From: a virus
Virus record (IMG/VR): IMGVR_UViG_3300031758_000036
Location: 21,757-85,756 of that record
Reading direction: 5' to 3' (one strand)
Length of the DNA stretch: 64,000 nt
In this document: one piece after another, positions 46,679-56,404 of the stretch
Numbering within the stretch: the stretch's first letter is position 1
Layout of the letters: each line of letters starts with the position of its first letter
Notes under the pieces: generated by a model
The model's database searches: none
The model's input: only the letters and a program-made list of their open reading frames with translations
What the model was told of the DNA's origin: nothing
Program-made: the position numbers and the translations under genes

Positions 46679-48142
46679 ATGCAAGTCGTTCATCCGGTAA
46701 ATAATCCTGCTCTGGTTAGCTATCATCGACCAGAGCTTATTGATTTAATGCCGAGCCTTGAGCTGGCATTAGATTGCTGGAATCTGCTTGATACTAACGG
46801 CAGGGGGACTGCTAAGGCAAAATATTTACTCCAGGAACCAGCAGAGCCCAAGAAAGCCTACGAGGCCCGTCTTCATCGATCTACTTATACACCAATTTAC
46901 AGGGATTCAATTCGCGCCTATGCCGGATTGCTGAATCGGTTTCAACTTATTGATGCGCCTCCTAGCCTGGTAGCATCAGAAAATAACGTTGACTTACAAG
47001 GATCTAGCGTCCACAGTTTTTGGAATCGTTGTGACGAACAAGCCATCAGAGATGGTGGTGTTTTCATCATGGTTGACATGATGCCAGAAACTGGGGATGT
47101 GAGCAATTTCATTGATCAGCAGAAAGATGGCAGGCATCCCTATCTGATCATGATTGAACGCAAGGACGTTATCAATTGGTCGGTTGAATACAAGGGCGGC
47201 AGGGAATATGTTCATCACGCTACAGTTAGGCAAATCAAGTCAGTTCCAGATCCCAGTGGGTATGGCGTAAAATTAGAACCGTATTATTATGTACTAAAGC
47301 CAAATCTGGTTGAAGAATATCGACTTGAGAAGAGGGACGGTAAATGGTTGCAAATCAAAACCGATTCGGTTGTAACAACTCTGCCGATTGTTCCATTGAT
47401 CTGGTATGGCGCATCTACCAGTAAATTTGGTCAGGGTGACTTGCCGATGAATGGCCTGGCTGAATTAAGCGTTCAGCATTATCAAATGCGTTCAGACCTG
47501 AACGAACTGCTGCACAAGTGTGCAATGCCTGTACCTGTCAGGAAAGGCGCCCCGACAGGCGTAGACGGGCGCCCTGCAGCATTAGTGCTTGGTCCAAACA
47601 CAGCAGTTGATCTGCCCGCAGAAGGTGGAGATTTCAGTTTTGCTGAGCCAACTGGACGCAGTATTGAGCGCCACCAAGCGGAAATAACTCACGTAGAAGG
47701 GCTGATGGATAGGTCGGGCCTTAATTTCTTGTATGGCGCAAATATTAAGACAGCGACAGAAGCATCTCTTCGGGCGTCTCAAGTAGCATCACAAGTGGCG
47801 TCGCTGGTCAGGAACAAGGTCAGTTCCTTTAATACAGTAATGAGATTGTGGGCAGTTTATGCTGGAGAGACTACTACTCTGTCTCCCGAATCAGGTATTT
47901 CCCTGAATGACAGCCTGATCAATCGACCGATAGATCCAAGCGGCATTGCTCAGATGGTTAACCTGCATAACGCAGGATTACTAAGTGGTGCCACCGTGCT
48001 GTCTGAGTTGCAACGCGGCGGTGTCTTGGACCCTGACCTGAAAGTAGAAGAAGAACTTTCCAGAATCGACAAGGAGTCAATTGCGCCCCCACCGGTCAAG
48101 AATACCGAACCACCTACCGTCAATCCTTTAGGAAAACAATAA
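46679..48142 (+). CDS. Portal protein (DUF4055-like)
   Basis: YLLQEPAE..AYEARL, NVDLQGSS, VINW, HYQMRSD..LH, KTATE, TVLSELQRGGVL. Confidence 0.85.
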   Translation: MQVVHPVNNPALVSYHRPELIDLMPSLELALDCWNLLDTNGRGTAKAKYLLQEPAEPKKAYEARLHRSTYTPIYRDSIRAYAGLLNRFQLIDAPPSLVASENNVDLQGSSVHSFWNRCDEQAIRDGGVFIMVDMMPETGDVSNFIDQQKDGRHPYLIMIERKDVINWSVEYKGGREYVHHATVRQIKSVPDPSGYGVKLEPYYYVLKPNLVEEYRLEKRDGKWLQIKTDSVVTTLPIVPLIWYGASTSKFGQGDLPMNGLAELSVQHYQMRSDLNELLHKCAMPVPVRKGAPTGVDGRPAALVLGPNTAVDLPAEGGDFSFAEPTGRSIERHQAEITHVEGLMDRSGLNFLYGANIKTATEASLRASQVASQVASLVRNKVSSFNTVMRLWAVYAGETTTLSPESGISLNDSLINRPIDPSGIAQMVNLHNAGLLSGATVLSELQRGGVLDPDLKVEEELSRIDKESIAPPPVKNTEPPTVNPLGKQ

Positions 48143-48160
48143 TAGATAGCCGAGGTTTCG

Positions 48161-48397
48161 GTGTTATACTGGATTAGACAGTGCCAGCCAATGATTTTAG
48201 CACGCATAGAGTTCAAGCAAGAGCATGCTGAGAAGTTTATCGAATCATCTGGTAACAATCAGACCGTTATCGAGCAGACATTTGAGTCGGTCGATGAGCT
48301 GATCGAAGTCCTTCGGGAATTTGAGCCATTCATCAAAGACTGCACGGCAGTGGTCAATGGTAAAATGCTTCAGTTGAGTTCCTTCAAGGCTAAGTGA
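48161..48397 (+). CDS. Hypothetical protein
   Basis: ORF; true start probably ATG at 48191. Confidence 0.5.
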   Translation: MLYWIRQCQPMILARIEFKQEHAEKFIESSGNNQTVIEQTFESVDELIEVLREFEPFIKDCTAVVNGKMLQLSSFKAK

Positions 48398-48759
48398 ATC
48401 ATCCGCTACCGGCAGGCAAGTGGCTACGATCAGCCGGTGGCAGTTTCGCATATCAAATACTAGGTCCCGTCTGTCGCCTGTATGACCGCGAGGAACTGCC
48501 CTGGCCATGCTGCCGGCTAAGTTGGAAGGGCAAGGAGCCAAGTTGGAATCGCATCGGAAGCAGGTTCGTGCCAGATGTTGCAACGTCGCGCTGCCCCAGC
48601 TACGCTGTGTATGGAACTGATCAGTGGGGGAATGAATGGAACCAAGTCCTGACCATCTACAACAGGAAATTGACTCCAACGGAAAAGCAGTGGTGGATAA
48701 CAAAGAAGCCACCACATCTGGCGTATCCGGAACTGCCAAGCGACCTATCCGAGGACTAG
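48394..48759 (+). CDS. Hypothetical protein
   Basis: GTGA overlap; Trp/Cys-rich. Confidence 0.5.
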   Translation: MNHPLPAGKWLRSAGGSFAYQILGPVCRLYDREELPWPCCRLSWKGKEPSWNRIGSRFVPDVATSRCPSYAVYGTDQWGNEWNQVLTIYNRKLTPTEKQWWITKKPPHLAYPELPSDLSED

Positions 48760-48891
48760 ACTGGACTTCCATTTTGTCCAGGTCAAACCTGGAAAGTCCT
48801 GGATACAGGGAAACCATAGAAAAAATGAAGGCAGATGGCAGGCTGAAAAATCAGTTATAATGAGCTTAAGCATGGCATCTATTGCTGGATC

Positions 48892-49128
48892 ATGAAAGAC
48901 GCAGTTGAAGATCGTTTTAATCGACTCAAGCGATCTGCGCAAATCATTGCAAGTCTACTGGACAATCCAAATCAAACTTTTATCCGTAAAGCGGAAAATT
49001 CTGGGTGCCTGGATGAGTTCGACTTTCTACTGGAGGAAGTTCGCCTATGGCTGGATGATGACTTCTACTTTGAAGATGTCGCCTGGAACATGGTCAACAA
49101 ACCGGACTCTCTGAAGCAAGCCAGTTAA
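48892..49128 (+). CDS. Hypothetical protein
   Basis: TATAAT upstream. Confidence 0.5.
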   Translation: MKDAVEDRFNRLKRSAQIIASLLDNPNQTFIRKAENSGCLDEFDFLLEEVRLWLDDDFYFEDVAWNMVNKPDSLKQAS

Positions 49129-49142
49129 GTTTTGTTACAAGC

Positions 49143-49172
49143 TTGACGGAAGGGCTTTGGTCGGTCTATGTT
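49143..49172 (+). promoter_or_regulatory. Sigma70-type promoter
   Basis: TTGACG-N18-TATGTT in intergenic gap. Confidence 0.5.
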
Positions 49173-49723
49173 GGGTCTGTTGTTACAGGGACAGACCCAT
49201 GCCCGGACTCTCGACTACTGAAGATACAGCGCCCACCCGGCGCTCAAATCGTCCGCTCACTCAGTTTGCTTGTCGGCTTACTGAAGATTTCCTGCTTGGA
49301 AAGCTTGAGCCCAAGAAATACATTATCCACAATACGACAGTTGACTGCACTGAGACAAAGTCAAGTACTACTCTTGCAGTTAAACTGTTCAGCACTCAAA
49401 TTCTGACGGTATCACTTGCTTTGCCGACAGAAGAACCTTTGCATGTGTCAATCAACGTTGGAGATAAGTTCACGAATGCAGGACACCCAACTAAGACTTC
49501 AATCGAAAGACTGAACGGACTACTTGACAGCCTAGGTATTCATGGGATCATCCCTGAAGGAGTCAGAATTTTCAAAGATTTTACTCATGATATGTTTTAC
49601 CTGGGCAAGGGCGATGACAAGATTGCAGTTGGCGAAAAGTACGCACATAACGTCAGCCTGAAACCGGACTCTTTCAATTTTATCGTTGAGGCATCTGACC
49701 TGCCTGCCGAGAAGCTTAAGTGA
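49157..49723 (+). CDS. Hypothetical protein
   Basis: Long ORF; true start likely the internal MPGLST. Confidence 0.5.
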   Translation: MVGLCWVCCYRDRPMPGLSTTEDTAPTRRSNRPLTQFACRLTEDFLLGKLEPKKYIIHNTTVDCTETKSSTTLAVKLFSTQILTVSLALPTEEPLHVSINVGDKFTNAGHPTKTSIERLNGLLDSLGIHGIIPEGVRIFKDFTHDMFYLGKGDDKIAVGEKYAHNVSLKPDSFNFIVEASDLPAEKLK

Positions 49724-49983
49724 AAAGCTATCCAACATGGATCTGTGATCCTTGTGGCACCAAATACGGAACATGGTACGCCAGTGGTCAATACACTGGC
49801 CCCGCTTCTCATTGCGCCACTTATCATCATGGTAAATGTGGGATCTGCAATGATCAAGATGTGCCTGTTACTGAGCCGCGAGATTTTGGACATCTCTTAG
49901 ACTGGGATGTATTAAGCAAAAATCTCAGTGGCGACTACAATCGTAAAAAATATAGGAAAACTCGGAAGGCGCGTACTGATTGA
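49720..49983 (+). CDS. Small zinc-finger protein
   Basis: CDPC..CGIC..VTEPRDFG. Confidence 0.6.
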   Translation: MKSYPTWICDPCGTKYGTWYASGQYTGPASHCATYHHGKCGICNDQDVPVTEPRDFGHLLDWDVLSKNLSGDYNRKKYRKTRKARTD

Positions 49984-50154
49984 GTTTTTACTAATTAAAT
50001 ATGCAGAAGGGTGCAAAGTTGATTACACAGTCAGCCTTTCGCTTGGACGCAATCATGGAATCGGCATCAGTTTACTCTGCCCCTTGTTTTTAGCAGAGAT
50101 TAACCTGATGCCTTTATTTGCGTCTACACATATTTATTACCTGGAAAACGGCTA

Positions 50155-50340
50155 ATGCTAGAATCAGCGACGAAAACCTATCCAAAATCACTGCATATGT
50201 ATAAAATCCAATATTCCGACAACGAGTGTCGTGTGCTATGTGCCTGTGGAATGACGCATGCTTACACCATGTCTAAAGAATACTGGCCCGACAAGGATAT
50301 TTCAGTCATCGATCAATTGGATGACTCATGGAAGAACTGA
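50155..50340 (+). CDS. Hypothetical protein
   Basis: TAATG-coupled ORF. Confidence 0.4.
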   Translation: MLESATKTYPKSLHMYKIQYSDNECRVLCACGMTHAYTMSKEYWPDKDISVIDQLDDSWKN

Positions 50341-50645
50341 ACCCCGTCATCGTGGCACTGAATCTGTCTCTGATTGCGGGCATTGCCATGGTCCTGATTT
50401 TTAAATTAGACAATTACTGATGACCATCTTTCAGGCATTTTGCTGCACTTTGGGGCCAGCCGTATTTGGCATGGGGCTTTCTTATGTCACAATTACCGTA
50501 ATTGCTAAAATAGCAAAAAAGAACAACAGCCACACCGATACATAACTTTAAATGTCAGCGTTTCATGACATCGGTAAACTAACAGGATGTTTTGCTAGGC
50601 TGACATCGCCCAGCCATCGTTAGATGGTTCCAATCATTTCTGGGC

Positions 50646-51056
50646 TTGGCCGCTGAGTGGCAGCGGTGTCGAATTCTGTTTCTAACATTGCTTAAAACAA
50701 TTAGTCTGCTTGGTGTTGCTGCACTGGTTATCTCGTCATTCAAGCCAGTACACGCAATTACCAAGCAATGCACGGTAGCTTCCTATTACGGCTACGGTGA
50801 TGGTTTTCATGGTAAAACAACGGCAAACGGAGAGCGATTCAATGGTCGAGGCATTACAACTGCACATCCAAGCCTGCCATTCGGATCCAAGTTGCTGGTA
50901 TTCAATCCCGACACAGGAAAGTCTGTGATGGTCCGTGTCAATGACAGGGGACCCTATGTTCATGGTCGAGGTCTTGACCTGAGCTACGGGGCCTTCCTGA
51001 AGGTAGCAAATCCCTCACAAGGCACCGCCAAGGTCTGCTATTCGCAGGTCGTCTGA
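50646..51056 (+). CDS. rlpA: RlpA-like (DPBB) lytic transglycosylase with signal peptide
   Basis: ASYYG..FHGKTTANGERFN..AHPSLPFGS..VRVNDRGPY..LDLSYGAF; start probably TTG near 50688. Confidence 0.9.
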   Translation: MAAEWQRCRILFLTLLKTISLLGVAALVISSFKPVHAITKQCTVASYYGYGDGFHGKTTANGERFNGRGITTAHPSLPFGSKLLVFNPDTGKSVMVRVNDRGPYVHGRGLDLSYGAFLKVANPSQGTAKVCYSQVV

Positions 51057-51092
51057 TCCGGTACCGCTAGACTGGGGGCAAGGGCCCCCTTT

Positions 51093-51590
51093 TTGATGGT
51101 CGAAATTATCTTCACGGAAGACCAGCGCCAAAGGGCCCTGAATGAAGCTACAAGGCGTCAGCAGTCCAACGAAGCCGCTGGCCGCAAGGGACGTAACAAC
51201 GGGCCAGCAGTGGGCACCAGCGCACTGGAAATGAATATAATCGGTGCTGGTGGCGAGCTAGCGGTTGCTGTCTACCTTGACCTGGAACAGCATGTCTTCG
51301 GTGATCTGGTGCCCGTCAGAGGATCGTCGGATTTGCCTGGTAAAATAGATATTAAAACCAGGAAATGCCATTCGTGGGACTTGCTAGTGCAGTTGGACGA
51401 CGACCTGGATAAAACATATGTTTTGGTTACCATACAAAACAAAAGAATATTTATCCAGGGCTGGATACATGGGTCTAAAATGCAACGGGAGTGGATCAAG
51501 GAGTACGCCAAAGGCAGGCCATGCTACTGCGTACCTCAGTCAGAACTAAACCCAATCGAGGAACTGAAATGGCAAACGGAAGTTGCTTAG
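51093..51590 (+). CDS. PD-(D/E)XK-like nuclease-fold protein
   Basis: GAGGELAVA..D..IDIKT..IQGWI. Confidence 0.55.
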   Translation: MMVEIIFTEDQRQRALNEATRRQQSNEAAGRKGRNNGPAVGTSALEMNIIGAGGELAVAVYLDLEQHVFGDLVPVRGSSDLPGKIDIKTRKCHSWDLLVQLDDDLDKTYVLVTIQNKRIFIQGWIHGSKMQREWIKEYAKGRPCYCVPQSELNPIEELKWQTEVA

Positions 51591-51754
51591 GACGCCATGA
51601 CTGTTGGGTGTCATGGGAGGAAGACGATGGCGAAGATGTGGCAATTCTGAATTTCTCGGATGAGCTAATAGAGGAATTGGGATGGTCAGAGGATGATCTA
51701 CTGGAATGGACAGACAATGAAGATGGTACTTTCTCTTTGGTGAAAACGGAATGA
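51569..51754 (+). CDS. AbrB/SpoVT-like small DNA-binding protein
   Basis: LNFSDELIEELGWSEDDLLEW..DGTFSL. Confidence 0.6.
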   Translation: MANGSCLGRHDCWVSWEEDDGEDVAILNFSDELIEELGWSEDDLLEWTDNEDGTFSLVKTE

Positions 51755-51954
51755 TGGAAAAACCATTACATCCATCTGAATTGAAAATCCGAGTAGCGGA
51801 GCAGATGTGGAAAGAATGTCGATCTAAGGGTGATCCAATAGAGCCTCCACTGGCAATCTATGCTATGGCTGAAATAGCCATCAAGGAAATCTATGTAAAT
51901 GTTGACAAAATGTTGCTCAACATGATACGAGACAGATTAGAAGAGCTACTATGA
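51751..51954 (+). CDS. Hypothetical protein
   Basis: Coupled ORF. Confidence 0.45.
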   Translation: MMEKPLHPSELKIRVAEQMWKECRSKGDPIEPPLAIYAMAEIAIKEIYVNVDKMLLNMIRDRLEELL

Positions 51955-52251
51955 TCTATGACTGATGAAGAAATTATAAAAGTTATCCAGGATAAGATCC
52001 GTAACCACGAACTCCGGGTGGCCATCGTTTCCGGTATCCTTGGATCTGCGATCCTGGCCGGCATCTTCCATGCTATTCGTCTCAACCACATCTTGTTATC
52101 AAGATGATCTAACGCAAGACGAGTGGGACGAGCTAATAGTGCTGAAAAATGCCATCAGCTACTCGCCAAGCACGGTCCATCCTGTTAAGATGGAGCGGTT
52201 CACCCAACTCTTCGCCAAAAGCCTGAGGGGCAAGGGCGACCCAAGTATTCG

Positions 52252-52479
52252 ATGATACAATCTAATGCTGATAATTGCCCTACCCTGCCCAAGGAAGGAT
52301 TCCATGTTCAGTACAGGAGTGGTGATTTTGAGCATTCCATATCTTTTGGTGACACGACTTGCGTTGACGCTATTGAATACATTGCTAAATTCATGCTTGG
52401 GTGCGGATTCAATTCTAGAGTTATCGCTTACGGACTTAAGAAATCCGCCCAAGAAATAGAAAATAAAATTACCGCTTAG
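52252..52479 (+). CDS. Hypothetical protein
   Basis: FMLGCGF motif family. Confidence 0.5.
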   Translation: MIQSNADNCPTLPKEGFHVQYRSGDFEHSISFGDTTCVDAIEYIAKFMLGCGFNSRVIAYGLKKSAQEIENKITA

Positions 52480-52535
52480 TAACCTGGCAGGCCACCAACA
52501 AGACCTCGCTTGTTGACCGTAAGTCCAGGACTGAA

Positions 52536-52560
52536 GGCCCTCCGCACTGGGGGGCTTTCT
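52536..52560 (+). terminator. Intrinsic terminator
   Basis: AGGCCCTC/GGGGGCTT stem followed by a short pyrimidine tract. Confidence 0.5.
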
Positions 52561-52603
52561 AGTAAACCTGTATCAGTCAAATTATGAACAAATCCCAACG
52601 GTC

Positions 52604-52633
52604 TTGACACGATGACAAAGAGGGGTCTATGGT
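52604..52633 (+). promoter_or_regulatory. Sigma70-type promoter
   Basis: TTGACA-N18-TATGGT. Confidence 0.55.
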
Positions 52634-53087
52634 TGAGACACAGGTAGACCCCTGTTACTACGCCATCTGCCACTTACTACCAATTATGGAACGAGTTCTT
52701 GATTTCTCTGATGTGACCAGCTACGACTTCAGCCTGATGGGTCCAGATATGATCCTGGAACTATTTCAAGGTGATGTCGTTACTAAGATTCGCATTGGAA
52801 CGGACAAAACAAAAGCCAAACCCGAAAAGGTTATTGCAAATATCGCGACGCAACAGCAAACCGTTATCAATGCTGTTAGCCGGCCCCCGCAACCGCTCAA
52901 GCATAGGAAGATTCCTCTGACGCGTCTCAATGAGACACAAGTCAAGGAAATCCGGGGCAACTGGGAGGCCACCGTTCAGGCATGCGGCACCAAGAATGCA
53001 GCGGCTGACCAACTAGCTAAGGTCTACAACTGTAGTGCCAAGAACATCTATGCAATTATTTACAGGTACTCCTGGGCCAACGTCTGA
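52629..53087 (+). CDS. Protein with C-terminal HTH
   Basis: RLNETQVKEIR..LAKVYNCSAKNIYAIIYRYSWANV; true start likely ATG at 52686. Confidence 0.6.
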   Translation: MVETQVDPCYYAICHLLPIMERVLDFSDVTSYDFSLMGPDMILELFQGDVVTKIRIGTDKTKAKPEKVIANIATQQQTVINAVSRPPQPLKHRKIPLTRLNETQVKEIRGNWEATVQACGTKNAAADQLAKVYNCSAKNIYAIIYRYSWANV

Positions 53088-53179
53088 AAAACTCGTTAAA
53101 CTGAGCACGTGGCAATCCCGTTGCCGCGTGTGAGGAGAGGCGTTAGACTGGCGCTGGCCCCCTAAGCCGGCGCTTTTTT

Positions 53180-53548
53180 ATGTCTGACGAACTTCCTTGT
53201 ATGGTCATCACTCTTGATGAGTATAAGTTCCGCATTAACGATCCGAACGAGCCAGACGGGTTTGTTGAATACAAGGGTAAAATGGAAGTATCTTATGATG
53301 GAGAATTCCTGGGAATAGATACCTGGGAAGCTCCGATCGATAAGGATTTTGACGATCTGGCTCCCGGTGGATGCCTGACACTTGCAGGGCCAAACCAGGC
53401 CAATTTGCTGGTGGGTGCAATTTTGGCATTATTGGAATCGTATGGTGAGCCTAGTTTTTATCATGACGAGGACATTCAGAAAGAATACGAACAAATGGTA
53501 TCGCAAACCAAGGACGCATATGCTGAGAAAGCAACTGAAGAGTCTTAG
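53180..53548 (+). CDS. Acidic hypothetical protein
   Basis: 122-aa ORF. Confidence 0.55.
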   Translation: MSDELPCMVITLDEYKFRINDPNEPDGFVEYKGKMEVSYDGEFLGIDTWEAPIDKDFDDLAPGGCLTLAGPNQANLLVGAILALLESYGEPSFYHDEDIQKEYEQMVSQTKDAYAEKATEES

Positions 53549-53706
53549 TTCGGACCCTGATGTATCACAGTATCCAATGTCTGGGCTGAATAGGGTTAAC
53601 TCATTAAATCCCCCTAGTGATTACGACGACATCAAAGTAGCTGCATGCTACGAAACAGACTATCGCCGTAAGAGTTAATCCCAGTCCATATACATTTAAG
53701 GCAAAC

Positions 53707-53949
53707 TTGTGTATGGACATCCAGCCATCAAAACGTACCTGGAACACTCCGGTCAGGGAGCGGTGGAACGCTCCCATCCATCATTGTCTAAAAGCTATAG
53801 ACGCTCATGTTGATTTGTATTTAAAAACAGGCGATTCGTGGCATATGGAGCAAGCTAACTTCTTGAGAAGTTATTTGCATCAATTAAAGACCTGGATACA
53901 TCAAGAAGAAAATCGTTTAAAATATCGCAATGCGGAAGATACGGAATGA
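53707..53949 (+). CDS. Conserved cyanophage-type hypothetical protein
   Basis: WNTPVRERWNAPIHHCLKAID..LKTWIH. Confidence 0.6.
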   Translation: MCMDIQPSKRTWNTPVRERWNAPIHHCLKAIDAHVDLYLKTGDSWHMEQANFLRSYLHQLKTWIHQEENRLKYRNAEDTE

Positions 53950-54233
53950 CTTTCTGGCCGACGATTTTCAGTTTCGTGCCATTTGATCATTGCATCTTGA
54001 CGTAACGGACCTCGATCAAAACAAACCTTGAAGTTTTGCTGAGCTGCCATATCGATCAGTTCCCGCACAGTGCCACTGTGCTTCAATCTTTCCTGGATGA
54101 TTAACTCAGGCCGTTGGTCATACAATTCGCCATAAGCATTATAGTCTGACACGGTATTCATTTTCTCAATAATTGACCGTTATCAGGATTCCGACTAATT
54201 AACGGAATACTGATAGGCACATGAAAGCTAGAT

Positions 54234-54551
54234 ATGCTATCAACAGCAATGCGTCTAAAAGTTCAATTTATTTGTGAACGCATCAGTGTTGGCGCATCTG
54301 TAGAGTTGAATGACATAGCGTGGATCCAAAAGCTAGCAGACAGGAATCCAACTGTTGCTACTGCCCTCAGGAAGGCCCGCAGGTCTTCGGTGACTCAAGA
54401 TGCACCCGCTGATGGCTTGGATGCTTTTATGGCGGACCTGGATTTAGGTGATCCAGATCCTAGTAATCATTTAATCGGACCTCAGGACCCTGTTACACTT
54501 GCCGAATGGTTCAGTAACAGGCAGGCATGGTTTAGAGGTGGAATCAATTAA
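54234..54551 (+). CDS. Conserved cyanophage-type hypothetical protein
   Basis: MLST.MRL..ICERI..LRKARR..LDLGDPDPSNH. Confidence 0.6.
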   Translation: MLSTAMRLKVQFICERISVGASVELNDIAWIQKLADRNPTVATALRKARRSSVTQDAPADGLDAFMADLDLGDPDPSNHLIGPQDPVTLAEWFSNRQAWFRGGIN

Positions 54552-54882
54552 ATTGTCATAATAAGCAATTAAAATCGTCAGGCCAACAATGTAAGAAAAT
54601 ACTCCGCAAATTGAGATTGCGAGAAAGATTTCGACTAAGTCACTTTTTCTTTCGCTTTTTCCCCGCCTTGCTGAGAGCAATTGCTTGAGCTTGTTTCGGA
54701 TCACGGCCCTCACGGATTAAGGTACTAATGTTCTTGCTGATTGCTTTCTGACTGGATCCTTTCTTCAGGGGCATTTGCATCCTCCAGATTGTCTAGTGTT
54801 AGAATCCAGGCGACAAATACGCCGGTCCCTAGTAATACAATTCCAATACCAATTGAAATATCCCATGGAAAATCAGTCATGA

Positions 54883-55170
54883 CTACCACTTCACGCGATC
54901 GCTCCAGTAAGCCGCACTCATCTTACCTTTGGCGATATTTTTTGCGTGTCGCGCCTTGAATGAAGCACGTTTTGCCTTATCAGCAGCAGATTCGCCCGCT
55001 GTTGGTGGCTTGGTATCTGCGCCTTGTTCGCCAAAACGAATTAATTTTACTTTATCGCCCTCTTTCGCTACAACCACATGGCTTTTGGTTGGATGATTTG
55101 GAGTTCTTTTTGGTTTATTGTATCCATCTACGCCGGCTTTGTCTAGGCGAGGATCTTTTTTGGCAGCCAT
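54883..55170 (-). CDS. Small basic protein
   Basis: KVKLIRFGEQG..RASFKARH..SAAYWSDRVKW; late motif GGCAACCTA at 55193-55201 on the minus strand. Confidence 0.75.
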   Translation of the reverse strand: MAAKKDPRLDKAGVDGYNKPKRTPNHPTKSHVVVAKEGDKVKLIRFGEQGADTKPPTAGESAADKAKRASFKARHAKNIAKGKMSAAYWSDRVKW

Positions 55171-55239
55171 GGAACTAGCGCTATCAGTTCACTAGGTTGC
55201 CTGAACACATTGTTATACTGCTTTAGATGCACTTAGAAC

Positions 55240-55590
55240 GTGCCGCATAAAGACCCGGAAAAAAGCAGAAAATATAAAACCGAATGGGCAAGGCGGAATC
55301 GCTCTATTAAGAGTTCATTGCCATACTTTAAAGCAAAAAAGCAGATAATATTTGAAGCCAAGAGTAAGCCATGCGCGATCTGTAAACAGACCTTCCCGCC
55401 GCAAGCAATGGATCTGCATCACGTTGATCCGGCAGGTAAAGAATTTACGGTATCTACTGCCCTGCGAAAAGTTGGGTACGAAAAACTGATACAGGAAATC
55501 AACAAATGCGTTGCACTGTGCGCTATTTGCCACAGACTGCTACATGCTGGACTGGTGGAAATGGAATACCCGATGTCAGATTCGAACTGA
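55240..55590 (+). CDS. Zn-binding HNH endonuclease
   Basis: CAIC..MDLHHVDP..CVALCAICHRLLH. Confidence 0.85.
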   Translation: MPHKDPEKSRKYKTEWARRNRSIKSSLPYFKAKKQIIFEAKSKPCAICKQTFPPQAMDLHHVDPAGKEFTVSTALRKVGYEKLIQEINKCVALCAICHRLLHAGLVEMEYPMSDSN

Positions 55591-55641
55591 CACTGTGAGG
55601 ATTTTAAGTCCTCTGCCTGCTGCCAATTGGGCTAATCGGGC
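55567..55641 (-). tRNA. tRNA-Leu(UAA) with short variable loop
   Basis: GCCCGAT/ATCGGGT acceptor; GAGGA-CTTAAAA-TCCTC anticodon arm; GTCAG-TTCGAAT-CTGAC T arm; discriminator A; CCA not encoded. Confidence 0.9.
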
Positions 55642-55747
55642 GTATACCCAATATACCAGATATTTCTAGGAACGCAAGGCCTGCTTTGTAAAAATTTATT
55701 AAATATCCTAATTGGAATACTTACGATAGCACTGTTCTATTTTAAGT

Positions 55748-56404
55748 ATGAGTTGCAGAAAGAAAGATATAATTGATCGTCATCACATTACTCCGAAGTA
55801 CAAAGGAGGCACGGATGACGCGGAAAATATAGTAAAAATATCCAGAACATGTCATGCGATGTTTCATTATTGCAATTGGCAACTATGGGGTAATACTGAA
55901 GACTATGTTGCGTATAAAGGCCTTTCTTCCCAGTCCAATAAATGTGAAATAATAAAAGCTTTATCCAGTATGAACGGCAAGAGGATGTGCGAAGAGAAAA
56001 AAGGAATATTTTCCCTTACGGATGAAGAGAGGAGGAGATATTCTTCAATTGGCGGCAAAAAGGCTGGAAAATATATGTCAAATTCGATGTGGATTAACAA
56101 TGGCGCTCAAAATAAGCGGATACCAAGATCCGATATGCCTCCAGTCGGATGGGAAAAGGGTAAGATAAAAAAACCTAAAAAGTGCCAGAAAAGAACATGG
56201 CGAGAATACCTTGACGGCTTCGATGATATTTACAAGGAAAGATTAGAGTATTTGAATGACAAAAATTTAAACGAATGGGGAATTAAAACTAAAATAGCTA
56301 AAGACTGGGGCATATCTAGGACACAGGTGAATAGGTTCTTGTTTAAATTCTCTGATAAGGTCGGAATAGGAGCGGCCGGGATCGAACCGGCAACCTTGCG
56401 CTAA
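55748..56404 (+). CDS. HNH homing endonuclease
   Basis: HHITPKYKGGTDDAENIV..HAMFH; MWINNG DNA-binding motif; AT-rich. Confidence 0.85.
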   Translation: MSCRKKDIIDRHHITPKYKGGTDDAENIVKISRTCHAMFHYCNWQLWGNTEDYVAYKGLSSQSNKCEIIKALSSMNGKRMCEEKKGIFSLTDEERRRYSSIGGKKAGKYMSNSMWINNGAQNKRIPRSDMPPVGWEKGKIKKPKKCQKRTWREYLDGFDDIYKERLEYLNDKNLNEWGIKTKIAKDWGISRTQVNRFLFKFSDKVGIGAAGIEPATLR

